Source of the DNA: Amoebidium appalachense
Lineage: Eukaryota; Protista; Ichthyosporea
Assembly (NCBI GenBank): GCA_963693365.1
Contig: CAVNZM010000002.1
Coordinates: 14,417,615 to 14,481,614, forward strand
DNA: 64,000 nucleotides
Reading direction: 5' to 3'
The notes under the pieces were generated by a model. It made no database searches. It saw only the letters and a program-made list of their open reading frames with translations, and was not told where the DNA came from. Positions 60,403 through 64,000 of this stretch are shown piece after piece. Each line of letters opens with the position of its first letter. The first letter of the stretch is position 1. A program made the position numbers and the translations under genes.

Positions 60403-61023
60403 CCCACAGGTCTTCCCCACAGAAAGCGATGACCCTGCCCTTCTACGCCGAGTCGCATGAAACACAACAGTAACAAGTGGTGGCACAATGGAGCAGGTTA
60501 CACCAACGGGGAAAGGGGGGGTTTGAATGCGTCATAAAGTACGAAGTACACAAGAACAATGGATAACACGATGCAGAATGCAAACCATACATAAAGAGTA
60601 AGCAGAGCCCATCCTCAGGGGGGGGCCACGTCATCCACAGTACCCGAGTTTCGACCCATTCACCTCGTTAACGAAACCCAACTCAGACACTGTTTCACTT
60701 AAACATAGGTGGGTCACCCGTCTTGATCAGAGACGAGCAGGGTTACTTATGCAGGCAAGGGCAGTGGGAAAGGCCGGGGGTTAAAGTTGCAGCAGTAAGC
60801 AGAAGCAAGAAAAACATAGACAGGAACTCAGGAGACGGTCTTCTCGGAAGCTCCCCCATCGCTACCTAAGTCGATACTTCGCTGGCTAACATACTACACC
60901 AGCTGAAAAGAATTAAGTCCCGAAGGCCGCAGAATTCGCAATCAGAGGGGAAATTATGAGATTTGACCCACACCGCAGGGTAGTAACACGCTTACTAGGG
61001 CGGAACTTTAACGTCTTCAACAA

Positions 61024-61066
<43 letters not shown>

Positions 61067-61434
61067 CTAGCACCCCCGAAGAAACAAGGAAGGGGAGGTA
61101 TCGAGGCTCATCCAAAAAGCACACACACACCTGCCAGACTAGCACCCTTCACGTGCTCTGACGCATCAATCACCGGTGACTGGTCATCGACCTGGAGGGC
61201 AGCAGCCAGGCCCTTTTCGCTCTTAAACACAACATGTGCAAACAGTACTGAATCCTCAGCGTCGGGGTTTGGGTGGTAGAGTTTTTTTGCTAGTGTGTTG
61301 TGGTGTCTTTGCTGGGCCAGGGAAGATATCTGCACGTGTTTAACACTGCCGAAGGACTGGAAAATGTGCTTGACCGTGCCCTGTGGTGGGAATGTTGTTG
61401 AGTGGCGGTGGTGGTGGCGGTGGCGGTGGTGGCG

Positions 61435-61524
<90 letters not shown>

Positions 61525-61575
61525 GTGTGTGTGTGTGTGTACGTGGGCATGTGTGTGTGTGTGTGGTGTGTGTCT

Positions 61576-61642
<67 letters not shown>

Positions 61643-63240
61643 TGTGCGCGCGCGTGCGTGTGTGTGAGGGGGTGGGGGTGGGGGGGTGGGGTGGGGGGAT
61701 TAGAATGCACGAAAGAAAACATGGGGGCTGAGTATGCCGAACACGGTACGAAGTGGTGAAGGACACATGCAAAGACAAACATCTAAGTCTGCAACATCAG
61801 CAGGGGAGGGGGGGGGGGGGAGGGGGGGGGCAGGGGAATGGGCGGGGACAAAGAGAGACGGCTGGAGGGGGAGAGGGGGGGGATTTGGGGATGGTGGGTA
61901 GAGGGGGGTTTGAATGCGTCATAAAATCCGAAGTACACAAGAACAACGGATAACACGATGCAGAATGCAAACCATACATAAAGAGTATGCATAATAAGCA
62001 GAGCCCAAAGGGGGGGCCCACGTCATCCACAGTACCCGAGTTTCGACCCATTCACCTCGTTAACGATACCCAACTCAGACACTGTTTCACTTGAACATGG
62101 GTGGGTAACCCGTCTTGATCAGCCACGAGCAGGGTTACTTATGCAGGCAAGGGCAGTGGGAAAGGCCGGGGGTTAAAATTGCAGCAGTAATCAGAACTTT
62201 TTGGGGGGGGGGGGGGGGGGGGGACGAAGAGAGGATTTGAGAAAGGTAATCTGTCAAAGAGGGGAAAGGTATCGGAGGGAAAGGGCCGGGGGGAGAGGGG
62301 GGGGGGGGGGAGGGGGGGAGAGGGGAGGTGGGGTAATGAATGCGTTAGAGAGGGGGGGAGGGGGGGGGGGGAGGGGGTGCTAAAGGTGATAATGCGTGGA
62401 GTAAGGAGACGGACGAGGATTCTGAAGGGGTAAAGTGGCATGGGTTGGTTTGACAGGGCCGGGAGAAGGGGGGGGGGGGGGGGGGGGGATATAGACATGG
62501 GGACCTATGTGCGTTCAGGAGAGAGTGGATGGAAGAGCTTGAAGGGAGTAGCTGGAGTACGTTAGGAGCCCCCAGGGGGGGGGGGGGGGGTCGTAGGTTA
62601 CACAGTGAACACATAAAGTGTTGCCTGGAGGTAAAAAGCAAACTGACCAAACCCGCCATAATGATAATTATGAGTAACCCACTGTATTGGTGCGTGTTTC
62701 CATCTCTGACCAGGCCGAACAACTAAACGGGTTGGTCAACCCCAATTTTCTGTGACTATATGAAGAGGAAACGGCAGGAAAGAGCACAGAAACACCCAAG
62801 GTGCCCTGTATGAAAGATACGAGTACGTTACAAAACCACACAGGTAACTAAAGTGTGTCACCACCAAGAACACGGACGAAGCACGGCCACACCACACAAG
62901 CACCGCACGTACAGCAAAAATTGCGCACAGATAGCTGCAGCAAAGCCCTAAACAACGAGGCTGTGCACGCACGCACGCTCACACACACACACACACACGC
63001 ACGCACGCACCACACACACACGGCACGAACATGCACACAGAGCATTATTTGCATCCCACCCCTCCAGCAAATAAGTCTCACCTCGTCAAATACCGGGGCT
63101 ATGTTTGCAACGAAAAGTGTTTTCTTTTCCGGATGTTCCTCATTTTTTGCTTGATGCTCCCTCCCGTACAAATAGTGTATAGCTCCGCCAATATCTACGG
63201 CGTAGACCTTGTATCCCGACACCTCACAGAAGGCAGCCAT
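57478..63240 (-). CDS. RRP7A: Ribosomal RNA-processing protein 7; exons 63240-63082, 61380-61131, 60077-59983, 58398-58209, 57563-57478
   Basis: HYLYGREH...TLFVANI (RRM-like), [60 protein letters not shown]. All introns are GT-AG and in phase. Confidence 0.96.
58999..59173 (-). mobile_element. Poly-C retroelement, 5'-truncated copy (175 bp), RRP7A intron 3
   Basis: Minus strand: C-run | TGAGTTGGGTTTCG...GACGCATTCAAAA | C7. Confidence 0.9.
60522..61021 (-). mobile_element. Poly-C retroelement, 5'-truncated copy (~500 bp, subfamily B), RRP7A intron 2
   Basis: Minus strand: C-run | ..GTTGAAGACGTTAAAGTTCCGCCCTAGTAAG...ATGACGCATTCAAA | C7. It retains the ..KVPP** ORF end and has small internal deletions. 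Confidence 0.9.
61909..62196 (-). mobile_element. Poly-C retroelement, 5'-truncated copy (~290 bp, subfamily B), RRP7A intron 1
   Basis: Minus strand: C-run, AAAAAG | TTCTGATTACTGCTGC...ATGACGCATTCAAA | C6. Confidence 0.88.
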
Positions 63241-64000
63241 TGCAAAGTGTATAGGAGGTTACTGTTAAAGAAAGGGCAAAAGAGAAAGTCCTCAACTGAA
63301 TAATCTCCAAGAACTTCACTTTCAATACGATCAATTAAAGATGTTGTTGTCTTGTCCTGTGACTGTCTCGCTGAGAAATAAACAAGGTTGACAAGTTGTA
63401 GTTGAAAGGTGGATGGGTGAAAGCGTTGGCGCTTTTATGAAAAGGATGTGCAAGCTTTTTGATTAGCAGAAAACATGTCCTTTTAACTTCAATATTTAAT
63501 TACAGTACACAACATATAGGTAGGTTTGGATCGGTTGAAACAACAACGTTCAACCCATGAGAGTCTAGAGGTTTTAGGTTTGTGTCCTTCATGACACAGT
63601 CTCAGTGACAGTCTGCCAGCCTTAGCCGGACCAACTTGAAGTTGCACGTGCACTTCACACACAGACAGCTAGGGGGATCCTTGCTGCCAGCATTTGGTTG
63701 GCTAAAACGGTATCGCTTTTATACTTTTGGCTAAGTCTTATCTCTTTTGATTCGCCCAGCCAGCACAATCAACCTAGCTCTTGTAATGTAGGAGCAATAA
63801 AGAACCATTATTGATTATATACGAACGGGTTTTATTGGTTGCCACGCTTTTCTGGTTCTGATTGGCTTGTTTCCTGTAAAATTTTATCGTCTCTCAGCTG
63901 AAGAGACTCAGTGCTGCAGTTTGCCGCTCAGTTTTCACACTGTAGACACTCATTTGTGGCTGTAACAAGTACGTTTCAGGCCTAAGGCGTTAGCTACTAC

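Overview
Intron-rich eukaryotic genomic DNA. The organism cannot be identified from this window; a unicellular opisthokont is only a guess. Introns are filled with poly-C/poly-G runs and (CA)n/(TG)n microsatellites, so most of the six-frame ORFs are low-complexity artefacts. Genes that can be spliced together by hand: methionine aminopeptidase 2 (+, 15 exons, 6466-20524), a MORN-repeat protein (+, 30846-33097), a GH65/PGGHG-like glycosidase (+, about 35401-54733) and RRP7A (-, 63240-57478). RNA genes: U6 snRNA (-) and an intron-containing tRNA-Tyr(GTA). Three frameshifted relics are present: F-box/LRR, Tudor-like+BEN, and a possible 2OG-Fe(II) dioxygenase. There is also a hAT-type MITE with an 8-bp TSD and a TTAA-flanked fold-back MITE. 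The most striking signal is a family of 8 near-identical copies plus at least one diverged relative. They share one fixed 3' end (...TGACGCATTC-A2-4), are variably 5'-truncated, carry a highly structured 3' UTR, and all sit in poly-C tracts in the sense orientation of the adjacent host gene. This looks like a target-specific non-LTR retrotransposon that homes to the poly-C tracts characteristic of this genome's introns.
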